Origin: an uncultured Clostridia bacterium
GTDB taxonomy: Bacteria; Bacillota; Clostridia; TANB77; CAG-508
Direction: 5' to 3'
NCBI GenBank assembly: GCA_934141605.1
Contig: CAKPCL010000007.1
Coordinates: forward strand, 6,142 to 70,141
DNA length: 64,000 nucleotides
The number at the start of each line of letters is the position of its first letter. Position 1 is the first letter of the stretch. A program made the translations under genes and the position numbers. Positions 1 to 9,713 of the stretch are shown here, one piece after another. Under the pieces are notes generated by a model. The model saw only the letters and a list, made by a program, of their open reading frames with translations. It ran no database searches and had not been told where the DNA came from.

Positions 1-621
1 GTCAAATATAGGAATCATTATTCTATGGCTAAATATATCAATATAATCATTTTTAGATTCCTTTGTAATGCCTACTTCTATTAAATCTTTCATATTGTAC
101 TTTGATAATAAATTATTAGTTATATTATCATAATTAGGATTGAATCCAATATGAAAATTATTGATTATTTGTTCAGATAAGTTTCTACTTTTAAGATAGT
201 CGAGAGTTCTCTCTCCATCTATATTTTTAGTTTTTAAATTATTCTCGCAAATAGTAATTGCATCTTTTAGAATGTTAGATAATGTCTTTTGTTTCTTTTG
301 TTCTTCGGTTAGAGGCATTTTATTGTTTTGTGAAAGGACAATATTCAAATGTTGTATATCTATTGCTTTTTGCATAGCTTCTACTGTGCTTATTGCATTA
401 TGATTTATTTCTGTTTCATATTTTTGGATAAATGATACAACATTTCCTCCAGAGCCACAAGCAAAACATTTTGCAATACCTTTGCTAGTGTTTACCATCA
501 TAGAAGGATGCGTATCATTATGAAAAGGGCAAGTACATTTATTTCTAGTAACCTTTAGTCCATAGTATTCAAGAATATTTACTATATTAGAACTTGATAA
601 TATCTCATCATAAGCACTCAT
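1..621 (-). CDS. DNA primase, N-terminal CHC2 zinc-finger part (gene runs past position 1)
   Basis: Not in ORF track because it is cut by the window edge. Manual translation from ATG at 621: MSAYDEILSSSNIVNILEYYGLKVTRNKCTCPFHNDTHPSMMVNTSKGIAKCFACGSGGNVVSFIQKYE. This matches the CHC2 primase zinc finger pattern (CxCPFHxDxxPS ... CFxCG). The ATG overlaps the stop of the upstream ORF (ATGA). Confidence 0.75.
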   Translation of the reverse strand, partial: MSAYDEILSSSNIVNILEYYGLKVTRNKCTCPFHNDTHPSMMVNTSKGIAKCFACGSGGNVVSFIQKYETEINHNAISTVEAMQKAIDIQHLNIVLSQNNKMPLTEEQKKQKTLSNILKDAITICENNLKTKNIDGERTLDYLKSRNLSEQIINNFHIGFNPNYDNITNNLLSKYNMKDLIEVGITKESKNDYIDIFSHRIMIPIFD

Positions 622-1088
622 ATATCTATTTCTTCCTTATTTTCTTCTTTATTATATTGTTTTATTTCCTGTGTGTCTTTTATCAAACTTAATATATATT
701 CATCATCAAATTCTCTTATTAAATTTGGATATTCTAAATAATTTTCTTTTTCTTTGTTGCCATCATAGTATTGTTCTTCATAATCATCATAACTTTCTCC
801 AATTCTTGAATATCTATAAGAATACTCATTTTCGCCTAAATAATTTAATCCTTCCATTATGGCATCAACTTCTTTATAACTACCCTCATACCATTTAAGA
901 CTATTCCAACCAAAATAAATTTGATTTTTTCCTTCTTGCTTTATATCACATTCCTCTAGAAGATTGTAATCTTTGTTATCCTCTCCTAAATATTTTTTCA
1001 CAAATTCTTTTAATTCTTCATAACCATCTTTACTTGTTATAATTCTAATATCTGATCTATACCCCATTTTCATTACCCCCATTATCAA
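618..1088 (-). CDS. hypothetical acidic protein, paralog of 1057..1449 (likely start ATG at 1067)
   Basis: ORF track. Shares N-terminal IRIITxKxGYEE and IYFxW motifs with the next ORF. GGGGG Shine-Dalgarno lies 7 nt before the ATG at 1067. Stop overlaps the primase ATG. Confidence 0.55.
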   Translation of the reverse strand: MIMGVMKMGYRSDIRIITSKDGYEELKEFVKKYLGEDNKDYNLLEECDIKQEGKNQIYFGWNSLKWYEGSYKEVDAIMEGLNYLGENEYSYRYSRIGESYDDYEEQYYDGNKEKENYLEYPNLIREFDDEYILSLIKDTQEIKQYNKEENKEEIDI

Positions 1089-1449
1089 TTTGTTTTAATA
1101 ATCTTATAGTTTCTTTATCATTGAATTCACAAGTCATTGAAGGCATTGGAATATCCTTATATTCATCTTCTAATAGAGTATTATCGTATAACTTAATATA
1201 ATTTCTATCAATAATACATACTCTTTGTGTTATATTTTTGTTTATAATAACAGTTAATAATTTTTTTATAAGTCTAAAATATTTAGGATTATCCCACTTA
1301 AAAAAATATATATCATTGATGTATTTGCAAGTAGTATCATTTACTATATTTTTTGTTAATTTCTTATTATTATGAGATCGTAAAAAACTCATAATTTCTT
1401 CATATCCTTTTTTAGTTGTTATAATTCTGATTTGTTGTTGCATAATCAT
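1057..1449 (-). CDS. hypothetical protein, paralog of 618..1088 (likely start at 1443)
   Basis: ORF track; MQQQIRIITTKKGYEE...IYFFKWDNPKY. Translationally coupled to the flanking ORFs. Confidence 0.55.
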   Translation of the reverse strand: MIMQQQIRIITTKKGYEEIMSFLRSHNNKKLTKNIVNDTTCKYINDIYFFKWDNPKYFRLIKKLLTVIINKNITQRVCIIDRNYIKLYDNTLLEDEYKDIPMPSMTCEFNDKETIRLLKQIDNGGNENGV

Positions 1450-1832
1450 ATCTCCATTTCCAATAAATTTTTAATTTCTTTTTCTATTTGTGAATCATCT
1501 CTATTACTTATAAACAATAAAAAGCAATCCTTTTTCTTTGGATTGTATATTGTAAGAAGTATTTTTGTATGTTTTCTTAATAACTCAACAAATTCTGCTA
1601 ATTCCTTTGTTGTATAATTATCTTTAAGTTTAAAATCTACATATTTTATTATATTGAATGATTTTGTATATCTTCCTGCAACTGTAAATGCCTCTCTTGT
1701 TATCATTGTGTTTTTATCTATTTGCTCAAAATATAAATCATCATATAATAAATAGTAAGTTCCTTCTTTTGCTTTGTCAGACACTAATGCCCTAAAATCT
1801 TCAAAATTGTAAATTATATTGCTTTCTATCAT
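1446..1832 (-). CDS. hypothetical protein
   Basis: ORF track, 128 aa. GAGGGA Shine-Dalgarno upstream. Stop overlaps the next start. Confidence 0.5.
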   Translation of the reverse strand: MIESNIIYNFEDFRALVSDKAKEGTYYLLYDDLYFEQIDKNTMITREAFTVAGRYTKSFNIIKYVDFKLKDNYTTKELAEFVELLRKHTKILLTIYNPKKKDCFLLFISNRDDSQIEKEIKNLLEMEI

Positions 1833-1856
1833 AGTTTCCCTCTTTTCTCACAAATG

Positions 1857-1883
1857 AAAAAAGAGTGGGAGTTTCACCCACTC
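1857..1883 (-). terminator. Rho-independent terminator after adhesin gene
   Basis: Minus strand reads GAGTGGGTGAAACTCCCACTC followed by TTTTTT, immediately after the stop at 1887. Confidence 0.7.
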
Positions 1884-1886
1884 AAA

Positions 1887-4800
1887 TTATTTTTCATTGT
1901 GTTTTTTTCTTAATAGCATAATTCCACCAACTATTCCGATTAAAGAAATTACTGCTAAACTTCCTAATAAGAAGTAATTTGTTTCATTTCCTGTTTGAAT
2001 TTTTGGAAGTAAAGAGTTGTAATATTCAAAACTGTAAATACCATCTTTTTCTTCCAATGATACACCATCAGCCAATACGCCTTTGTCATTTATTTCTACT
2101 TTAACAACTTGGTCTGATAGTTTATATCCTAAAGGTGCTTTAATTTCTTTAATGTAGTAAGTTCCATATCTTAACTCATCGAATAATGCAGTTCCTTCAA
2201 ATTCATTTGCTCCTGCTTCTTTAATAAGTTTAGTACATTCTTCATCTTCATAAATTCCGAAAACAAATTTATTTGATTTAATGTGTTCTTTTGTGTCTTT
2301 ATCTAATTTTTCAACTCTAACAAACTTTAATATAGGCATATCTTTCATCTCTAATAATTGATTTTCCTTATCGCAAGAAACTTCAAATTCGATAGATTCT
2401 GCAATTTCATATCCGTATGGAGCAGTTGTTTCAGTTAATGTATATTTCTTACCTTCTTCTAATCCAGTAATATGATGAGGCTCTTTAGTTGAAGTCCATT
2501 TATCAATAATATTTCCATCTTTATCTGTAACAACTAATTCAGCACCTTCAAGTTCTTCACCATTTGTTAAATCTGTTTTTGTTACATCTACTATTTTATC
2601 AACCATAACTTCGTGTTGTTTTTCTTTATCTGTAGTTACTGTGAACTCAACATCAGTTGCTTTTACATATCCTTCTGGAGTAATTTCTTCGTGAAGAATA
2701 TAGGTTTCTCCTTCAACTAAATTATTGATTTTGTGTGTTTCTTTTCCAGAAGTCCATTCATCAATAATGTTTCCATCTTTATCAAATACTTGGATTTTTG
2801 CTCCCTCTACTTCTTCTCCTGCAACATCGACCTTGCTCATTTCAACAACTTTATCAATCATAACTTCGTGTTGTGTTTCCTTATCTGTAGTTACTGTAAA
2901 TTCAACATCAGTTGCTTTTACATATCCATTTGGAGTAATTCCTTCGTGTAATGTATAAGTTTCATTTTCTTTAAGATTATTGATTATATGAGGCTCTTTT
3001 CCAGATTCCCACTCATCAACTATATTTTTATCTTTATCGAATACTTGAATTTTTGCTCCTTCTACTTCTTCTCCTGCAATATCAACTTTTGACATATTTA
3101 CGATTTTATCAATCACTTCTTCGTGTTGTGTTTCCTTATCTGTAGTTACTGTAAATTCAACATCAGTTGCAAGAACATAACCATCTGGAGCAGTTTCTTC
3201 GTGTAAAATATAAGTATTTCCTTCTTTTAAGTTATTGATTTTATGTGCTTCTTTTTCAGAAATCCATTCATCTACTAAATTTCCTTCTTTATCAAATACT
3301 TTCATAGAAGCACCTTCAATTTCATCTCCTTCAATATTCTTTTTAGTCATTTCGACTATTTTGTCTGTCATCACTTCGTGTTGAGTTTCTTTTTCTAATG
3401 TTACTTCAAATTCAATATCTGTAGCAACAACATAACCATCTGGAGCAGTTTCTTCGTGTAAAGTATATTTTTCTCCTTCAACTAAGTTACTGATTTTGTG
3501 TGCCTCTTTTCCAGAAGTCCACTCATCAACTATATTTCCTTCTTTGTCAAATACTTGCATTTTAGCACCTTCAACTTCATCTCCTGCAATGTTATTTTTA
3601 GTCATATCTACAACTTTATCAATCATTGTTACTTTTTGAATTTCTTTTGTATTTTCAACTTTGAATTCTATATTAGTAGCTCTAACAAATCCTTTTGGAG
3701 CAATTTCTTCTCTTAATATATAGGATTTCCCTGCAACTAATCCTTCAATTTTATGTGTTTTATCTGTTGAAGTCCAAGAATCAATTACATTTTCATCTTT
3801 GTCAAGAACTTTTAATTTAGCTCCTTCAAGTTCTTTTTCTCCTGTAATATCTGTTTTTGAATACTCAACAAATGTTGTATCATTTTCAATATCTTTTGTT
3901 ACTGTATATACTTTTGTAACATCATCTTTTTTGATAAATTCTACATCATAAATTGTGTCATTTAATACCAATCCATCAATTACCTTAACTTCTTGTAATT
4001 CATATTTTCCCATTGGTAATTTTTCAACTTTTAAATCTCCATTTTTATCAAGATTATAAGTTTTAACTTCTTGGCCCTTTTTGTAGATAACACTTCCATC
4101 TGCATAATCAATGATGTTTTCTTTTGCAGTAAGTTTAAATTGAATACCACTTAAATCTGATGTGTCAACTAAACTTGTATCTGCATCTTCTCTTAAAGCG
4201 ATTGATTTATCTATAATTAAAGTTCCTGTAGGTTGTTCATTCTTAATAACAACTTCTTTTATAAAGTCGCCATCTTGGTCTGTGTCATAATTTCTTATTC
4301 CTTCAACTTTAAAGCCAACTGGATTATCTAATTGTAAAAAGCCTTCTGGAATTTTAATTTCAGTAATTTCATAAGTTCCAACTTCCAATTTTAATGGAGT
4401 TATTACAGAGCCTATTGGATCTCCTGCTTTATTGTTATAACTATTTGCTGGTACTACAATATTCTTTGCATTAGTTGTAAAAGAATTATATGTTGTACTA
4501 CCAATTTTTTGTGTTACTGCTTCACCCTTTTTGTAAAGTATTTTACCTGTAGCTCTATCATATATATCTTTTGCAGCTTTAATCTGGAATGTAGCATTGT
4601 TTAATGATACAGTCTTTCCAGATGTTTTATCTTTCTTAATAAGTTTAATATAAGTTTCTTGTTGTTCATTATTAACAACAATATCTTTTACTTTCTTTGC
4701 CACATCTTGAACTTCTGACTCATCTTCTGTAATTGAAAAGGTAAAATCTGCTGCACTTTCATAATCTTTTGGAGTTGTTGTTTCTTTTACTATAAATGTT

Positions 4801-6929
4801 CCATAAGGTAAAACATTTTGTGTATAAGCATCTCCGTTTTCATCTGTTTCTATTGCTTCATAAGTTGGAGCAATAACTTGTGCTTCGGCAACTCTCTTGC
4901 TATCAACTGTTACTGCATTTCCATACTCATCAATGCCACCCCATACCTCTGCGTATGTGTAACCTTTATCATAAGCTCTTTGTACTGCACTATTTAATTT
5001 AATAGTGAATATCGCACCTGCTAATCCAGGTGTTTCTCCAGAATTAACTTTTATACCACTTTTAAAGATATGAATTCTCATTTCTTTAACTTTATCTGTA
5101 CTATTTGCATTTCCAGTAATTATCTTTGTGTATTGATCTTTATATTTTAAATCTACTTTATATGTCTTTTTATCAATTAAATATCCTTTTGGTGGATTTT
5201 CTTCTTTAACAATGTATTTTCCAATTGGTAAATCTGTAACATCTTGACATACACCTTTTTCATCTGTAGTTCTTGTTGCTACTAAATCACCTTTGCTATA
5301 AAATTTCTTTGATTTTGCAACATTATAAATATCTTCATCTGCATATACTTTATATACTGCATCTTTTAAAGTTGCATCTCCCTGTGCCATAGAGCCAGTT
5401 TTACTATCTTTCTTTATAATTGATATTGTTCCAGTTGGCTCCTCATCTACAACTCCTTTAATTTCTATTGTGATTACTGGAGTTGTATCATTCTTATATA
5501 CTAAATTTGCAGTATATGTATTTTCATTTAATAAATATCCCGTTGGAGCTTGTACTTCTTTAACATAGTATTTTCCAAGTGGTAAATTATCAATTTGTGC
5601 CACACCCGTTCCAGATGCAGTTGTTATTTTGCTAACTTCTTGACCTTCTGTATAGAATGTCTTTGTTCCTGCTTTGTTTGTAATCTTTTCTGCTGCTATT
5701 ACTTGAAATACTGCACCACCAATTTTGTCGTTATTTTCACTAACTTTATAAAGAACTATTTTTCCAGTTGGCTCTGTATCAGTTATAGTTTTTGTTGATG
5801 TTTGAGAAGGCTTTACTTCTACTTGATATTTTTCTGTATTTACAAGATAGCCAGTAGGAGCAGATTTTTCTTTTATTGTATAAGTTCCTCTTTTTAATTT
5901 CTCTACAGTTATTTTTCCATTTTTAACAGTTACATCTTGATTGTAACCATCTGGACCTGTAATATTAAATACTGCACCATCAATCAAATCATTGTTTGTA
6001 CTTAATTTAGTTAATTCTATTTTTCCAAATAAGTTAATCTTTAAACTCATTGCCATTGGTACTGGATCATTATAATGTAAAGCCATTAACTGATCTTGTA
6101 CTCCAGTTGTAAAAGAAAAATATACAGTTGTATCTTGATCTCTTGATTCTTCTTTTATTAATCCCCAACTTTGAAATGTGCTATCAGAAATATTTAGACT
6201 TTCTACGGTGCAATCTTCTGATACTGTAATTGTTAATGTGTTTTCTCCTTTATTGTGTTGAAATCTCACATTATCTTTTGTATTGTCTATACTTGAATAA
6301 TCAGCTAATACTCCGTTTGTATCATTCAATACTTTGGTTTCTCCTGCTTCTATTTCAATAGTAGTTGCATCAAAGCTAGGTCTTGTCTGCATATTGTTAA
6401 TTTTGTTATTTATGTCATTTTTAAATGCAACATAGTCGGCTTGAACTGTTGAATCTCTAAATGTAGCATTTGATTGTCCTAAAGTTTCCCAAATGTATTG
6501 TTGAGTAAAAACATAGGCTTGCTTTACCCATTTCATATCATTTGCAAGTATTCCTCCATCTACTACATAACCCCCATTGTCCTTATACCAACCAAAATAA
6601 GCAATCTTACAAGCTCTTTTTATTGTAGCATCTGTAGGTGTATAATAATTCCCATTATAAGAACTTCCTGTTTTGAAATCTACCCCGTGTTCAGCACAAA
6701 AAACGGTATATCTTTCTCCAGTAGTATTGTTTATCAATTTTCTAATTAAAACGCCAGTTGAACCTGCTGCATGATCTGTAGTTAACATTCCAGAAGCATA
6801 TTGACCTCCAACGAAAGAGCCACTTCCAGATACTGCAAAAACTGGACTAATATTAGTTAATATAGTAATTAATAGCAATAGTATTGCAACTATTTTTTTA
6901 TTTAAAATATAATTCTTAATAGTTTTCAC
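1887..6929 (-). CDS. Large cell-wall-anchored adhesin: signal peptide, putative thioester domain, many SpaA/CnaB-type Ig-like domains, C-terminal sorting signal
   Basis: 1680 aa, GTG start with AAGGAG Shine-Dalgarno. N-terminal signal peptide. FCAEHG and FTQQYIWE resemble the Cys and Gln motifs of thioester domains. Recurrent GAxF...G.Y...E..AP.GY domain signature. C-terminus is LPKIQTGN, then a hydrophobic helix, then RKKHNEK. Confidence 0.8.
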   Translation of the reverse strand: MKTIKNYILNKKIVAILLLLITILTNISPVFAVSGSGSFVGGQYASGMLTTDHAAGSTGVLIRKLINNTTGERYTVFCAEHGVDFKTGSSYNGNYYTPTDATIKRACKIAYFGWYKDNGGYVVDGGILANDMKWVKQAYVFTQQYIWETLGQSNATFRDSTVQADYVAFKNDINNKINNMQTRPSFDATTIEIEAGETKVLNDTNGVLADYSSIDNTKDNVRFQHNKGENTLTITVSEDCTVESLNISDSTFQSWGLIKEESRDQDTTVYFSFTTGVQDQLMALHYNDPVPMAMSLKINLFGKIELTKLSTNNDLIDGAVFNITGPDGYNQDVTVKNGKITVEKLKRGTYTIKEKSAPTGYLVNTEKYQVEVKPSQTSTKTITDTEPTGKIVLYKVSENNDKIGGAVFQVIAAEKITNKAGTKTFYTEGQEVSKITTASGTGVAQIDNLPLGKYYVKEVQAPTGYLLNENTYTANLVYKNDTTPVITIEIKGVVDEEPTGTISIIKKDSKTGSMAQGDATLKDAVYKVYADEDIYNVAKSKKFYSKGDLVATRTTDEKGVCQDVTDLPIGKYIVKEENPPKGYLIDKKTYKVDLKYKDQYTKIITGNANSTDKVKEMRIHIFKSGIKVNSGETPGLAGAIFTIKLNSAVQRAYDKGYTYAEVWGGIDEYGNAVTVDSKRVAEAQVIAPTYEAIETDENGDAYTQNVLPYGTFIVKETTTPKDYESAADFTFSITEDESEVQDVAKKVKDIVVNNEQQETYIKLIKKDKTSGKTVSLNNATFQIKAAKDIYDRATGKILYKKGEAVTQKIGSTTYNSFTTNAKNIVVPANSYNNKAGDPIGSVITPLKLEVGTYEITEIKIPEGFLQLDNPVGFKVEGIRNYDTDQDGDFIKEVVIKNEQPTGTLIIDKSIALREDADTSLVDTSDLSGIQFKLTAKENIIDYADGSVIYKKGQEVKTYNLDKNGDLKVEKLPMGKYELQEVKVIDGLVLNDTIYDVEFIKKDDVTKVYTVTKDIENDTTFVEYSKTDITGEKELEGAKLKVLDKDENVIDSWTSTDKTHKIEGLVAGKSYILREEIAPKGFVRATNIEFKVENTKEIQKVTMIDKVVDMTKNNIAGDEVEGAKMQVFDKEGNIVDEWTSGKEAHKISNLVEGEKYTLHEETAPDGYVVATDIEFEVTLEKETQHEVMTDKIVEMTKKNIEGDEIEGASMKVFDKEGNLVDEWISEKEAHKINNLKEGNTYILHEETAPDGYVLATDVEFTVTTDKETQHEEVIDKIVNMSKVDIAGEEVEGAKIQVFDKDKNIVDEWESGKEPHIINNLKENETYTLHEGITPNGYVKATDVEFTVTTDKETQHEVMIDKVVEMSKVDVAGEEVEGAKIQVFDKDGNIIDEWTSGKETHKINNLVEGETYILHEEITPEGYVKATDVEFTVTTDKEKQHEVMVDKIVDVTKTDLTNGEELEGAELVVTDKDGNIIDKWTSTKEPHHITGLEEGKKYTLTETTAPYGYEIAESIEFEVSCDKENQLLEMKDMPILKFVRVEKLDKDTKEHIKSNKFVFGIYEDEECTKLIKEAGANEFEGTALFDELRYGTYYIKEIKAPLGYKLSDQVVKVEINDKGVLADGVSLEEKDGIYSFEYYNSLLPKIQTGNETNYFLLGSLAVISLIGIVGGIMLLRKKHNEK
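2335..3865 (-). repeat. Six tandem 255-nt (85-aa) CnaB-type repeats inside the adhesin gene
   Basis: Protein period is 85 aa (EGAKLKV / EGAKMQV / EGASMKV / EGAKIQV / EGAKIQV / EGAELVV). Stretches of more than 45 identical nt recur 255 nt apart, e.g. around 2866 and 3121. Confidence 0.85.
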
Positions 6930-6985
6930 TTTTAAAATCTCCTTTTCTTAAAAATTTGCAAAAAAATAAAGGGTACAAAATCCCC

Positions 6986-7546
6986 TTAATAAAATGTTAC
7001 TCTCATTCCTAAATAAACACCTTCATTGTCTTTTATAGGAACACACTCGCCACTAAAATCATAAGACTTTAAATATTCTTGTGCAGCTTGTGTTACATTA
7101 TCCATAGTATATCCATCAGTAAATAAAAAATCTTTATTTGCTGGTTTTTTCTTTGTGTTTTTCTCTTTATTTTCATTTGATGCAGTAGTAGTCTGTGTAT
7201 TTTCTTTAGGATTCTCTTTTATTTCTTGCTTTGTATTTTCTTCTTTTGCAACTATATTTGTATTATCTTTCGTTGCTTCCTCTACCTGTTCCGTATTTTC
7301 TTTAATCGTTATATTTTCAATATTTGAAGTAGTTTCTTCATCTGTATTATTTTCATTGATAATATTGTTTTCATCATCTTTTTGGATAAAGTTGTCTATA
7401 TCATTTGATGATTGATTATATTTGGCATAAAATCCATAAAAAAATATACTTATTATAAGAAATATTGCAATAATAAGAAAAAATATTTTCTTTTTTCTAG
7501 CATCCTTTAAATAAAGTTCTAATAATTTTTTATCCTGCTCATTCAT
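6986..7546 (-). CDS. membrane-anchored protein with low-complexity N/E/T-rich linker
   Basis: ORF track. Likely start is MNEQDKK at 7546 (ATGAATGA overlap with the upstream stop). One TM helix followed by a small C-terminal domain. Confidence 0.5.
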   Translation of the reverse strand: MNEQDKKLLELYLKDARKKKIFFLIIAIFLIISIFFYGFYAKYNQSSNDIDNFIQKDDENNIINENNTDEETTSNIENITIKENTEQVEEATKDNTNIVAKEENTKQEIKENPKENTQTTTASNENKEKNTKKKPANKDFLFTDGYTMDNVTQAAQEYLKSYDFSGECVPIKDNEGVYLGMRVTFY

Positions 7547-7742
7547 TATTTTTTTCCTCTTTAGGATGTGTGCAATCAATAAATTTTTTCTCTAATTTTT
7601 CATACTCCTTTTTTATTGTAGTATAATTTTTTATTTTAATGTCAATATCATCAATTTTCTTTTGTAGTTTAGATTGTTCAGTTACAAATTTAGATTTTTC
7701 TGCATTTAATCTTTCTATTATTTTTAACACTCTTTTTATCAT
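7539..7742 (-). CDS. small coiled-coil protein
   Basis: ORF track. Likely start is MIKRVLK at 7742, preceded by GGGAGG. Confidence 0.45.
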   Translation of the reverse strand: MIKRVLKIIERLNAEKSKFVTEQSKLQKKIDDIDIKIKNYTTIKKEYEKLEKKFIDCTHPKEEKNNE

Positions 7743-7801
7743 AGTTTTCCTCCCATAAAAAAAGAGCCAAGAACTCAATCTTGACCTTTATATAGTTTTA
7801 C

Positions 7802-8530
7802 TTATCTGTAATAAAAGTTTATAGTCCATTTACCACAATACATACAATCCCATACTTCATATCCAGAAGGACAATTTTTATAATATGTGTCATTATCTAT
7901 TTTGTTGTTTTCCCATTGATCTCCCCAATATTTTATTTGTTGATTATAGTAATCAATAGCATCATTTTTAGAATTAAACCATTTTCCAGAGTTTCCTATA
8001 TTCATTCCGTGATTGTTATTATTAGTACATCTTTCAACTTTTTGCTCTGTTTTAGTTTCTTCTTGTTTATTATTTTGACCACTTGATGATTGAGAAGTAG
8101 GATTAGTTACTGAAGTAGTTGTAGATGTATGTGTTGTTGTTTGACTTGTACTTTGTGTTACATTTTCTTTCTTTGGTGTACTTGAATTATTATTTGATGG
8201 ACCACTCTTTGTTTGAGTAGATGATTGTGTATTTTTCGTAGTTGTTTGAGTTTCCTGTTTAGCTTCAACTACTTCTGTATTTTCATTATTTGTTTCAGTA
8301 ATAGTAGTTTCAATATTTTCTTCAACAGGATTACTCTCAATTTCATTAACTACTGTATTTGTATCATCTGCAATAGACTTGATTATATTTTCTGGCATAG
8401 GACTTAATTCATTTGCATTATCTATTTTACCTTGACTATCATTCTTGTACGATATGAAATATAAAGTTCCTCCGATTCCAAGAATAACTAATATCAAAAT
8501 TATTATTATAAGGATTCTCTTTTTCATCAT
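7802..8530 (-). CDS. membrane-anchored protein with T/S/N-rich linker and Cys-containing C-terminal domain
   Basis: ORF track. ATG at 8530 after a GGAGG Shine-Dalgarno. N-terminal TM helix. C-terminus contains CTNNNNHG...CPSGYEVWDCMYCGKW. Confidence 0.5.
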   Translation of the reverse strand: MMKKRILIIIILILVILGIGGTLYFISYKNDSQGKIDNANELSPMPENIIKSIADDTNTVVNEIESNPVEENIETTITETNNENTEVVEAKQETQTTTKNTQSSTQTKSGPSNNNSSTPKKENVTQSTSQTTTHTSTTTSVTNPTSQSSSGQNNKQEETKTEQKVERCTNNNNHGMNIGNSGKWFNSKNDAIDYYNQQIKYWGDQWENNKIDNDTYYKNCPSGYEVWDCMYCGKWTINFYYR

Positions 8531-8600
8531 AATAGACACCTCCTACTATAATAATAACGTGAAATTTAAAATTTGTCAGCCCTTTTTCCACAATTTCTTT

Positions 8601-9320
8601 TTACATAGGTATAAGACTAGCAATAATGTAGTATCTCTGATCTGTTGGTCTTGTTTTTGCATTTATATAAGAACAAGTAGATAACTTAACTATTTTATTG
8701 ATACCTCCATTATATTCAATATCATATTTACTAGCCTTTTCATAGTATTTTATTCTTTCACTAAAATCTAATAATTTTATATTATTACTTTCAGTTGAAA
8801 TTCCTATAGAATACACACTAAAAATTGTTGCTTCATAGTCGCAATTTGGAGTATATATTTTAAATTTGAGATGAGAATAAAGAAAATCCTTATCCAAATA
8901 ATTACCCAAATTTGAAAACATACTTCCATTCTTCATATTATGCCCATATACTATTGTTTCATTAGTTTCAAATGGTAATAAATCTGTTGTGAATATAGAT
9001 CCATTACTATTATATGTCTTATAAAATGAATGTTTTAAGTAATAAACATCCTTATCTTTTAAAATAGGATAATTTATATTCGTGCCTTCAATTTCAATCC
9101 AAGCAACTATATCTTCATTAACTGATTTTAGATAATCCCAATCTATTTTCTTTTCCTGTGTTTCTTCATTTATTTCAACGGATTCTTCAATCAAATCTTC
9201 TGTAGATTCATTGCTTTCATTTAACTCTTGCAGATCTTTTAACAATAAATACACACATATAGAAAAGACTATAATAAATATAAGAATTAGCATTATAACT
9301 AATATTTTCTTACATTTCAT
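8601..9320 (-). CDS. srtB: class B sortase
   Basis: N-terminal TM anchor; DIVAWIEIEGTNINYPI, VYGHNM and the catalytic KLSTCSY (TLxTC-type) motif. ATG at 9320 overlaps the upstream stop. Confidence 0.8.
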   Translation of the reverse strand: MKCKKILVIMLILIFIIVFSICVYLLLKDLQELNESNESTEDLIEESVEINEETQEKKIDWDYLKSVNEDIVAWIEIEGTNINYPILKDKDVYYLKHSFYKTYNSNGSIFTTDLLPFETNETIVYGHNMKNGSMFSNLGNYLDKDFLYSHLKFKIYTPNCDYEATIFSVYSIGISTESNNIKLLDFSERIKYYEKASKYDIEYNGGINKIVKLSTCSYINAKTRPTDQRYYIIASLIPM

Positions 9321-9633
9321 AGTCTTTATCCTTTTCGCTTTGTGATTTTTGTAATTCTTGTAACATTCTTTCATCATAGGTTTCATCTTCTTCTATAAAA
9401 ACGGCAATAGAATCTTCGGCAGAGCGTCCATCTAAATATCTTTCGTATAATGAATCGGTTTCATCAATGCAATAATCTTCCATATCTAATTCTTCTTCCT
9501 GTTTTTTTATCTTTTCTTTTTCTCTTTGATAAAATTTAAGAGCTAAAGTTTTATCTAAAAAAACTGTTGTAATAGTTTCGTTTTCACCAGATTCAATATA
9601 AATGTTTCTATATGTTACTTTGTAAATCTTCAT
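9310..9633 (-). CDS. hypothetical acidic protein
   Basis: ORF track, 107 aa, AAGGAG Shine-Dalgarno. No recognisable motif. Confidence 0.5.
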   Translation of the reverse strand: MKIYKVTYRNIYIESGENETITTVFLDKTLALKFYQREKEKIKKQEEELDMEDYCIDETDSLYERYLDGRSAEDSIAVFIEEDETYDERMLQELQKSQSEKDKDYEM

Positions 9634-9713
9634 TGAAAAATTCTCCTTTCTCTTAATATTTTATTTTTTATACCTTATGGATATGGCATAAGAAACACCT
9701 CCTCTACTATATA

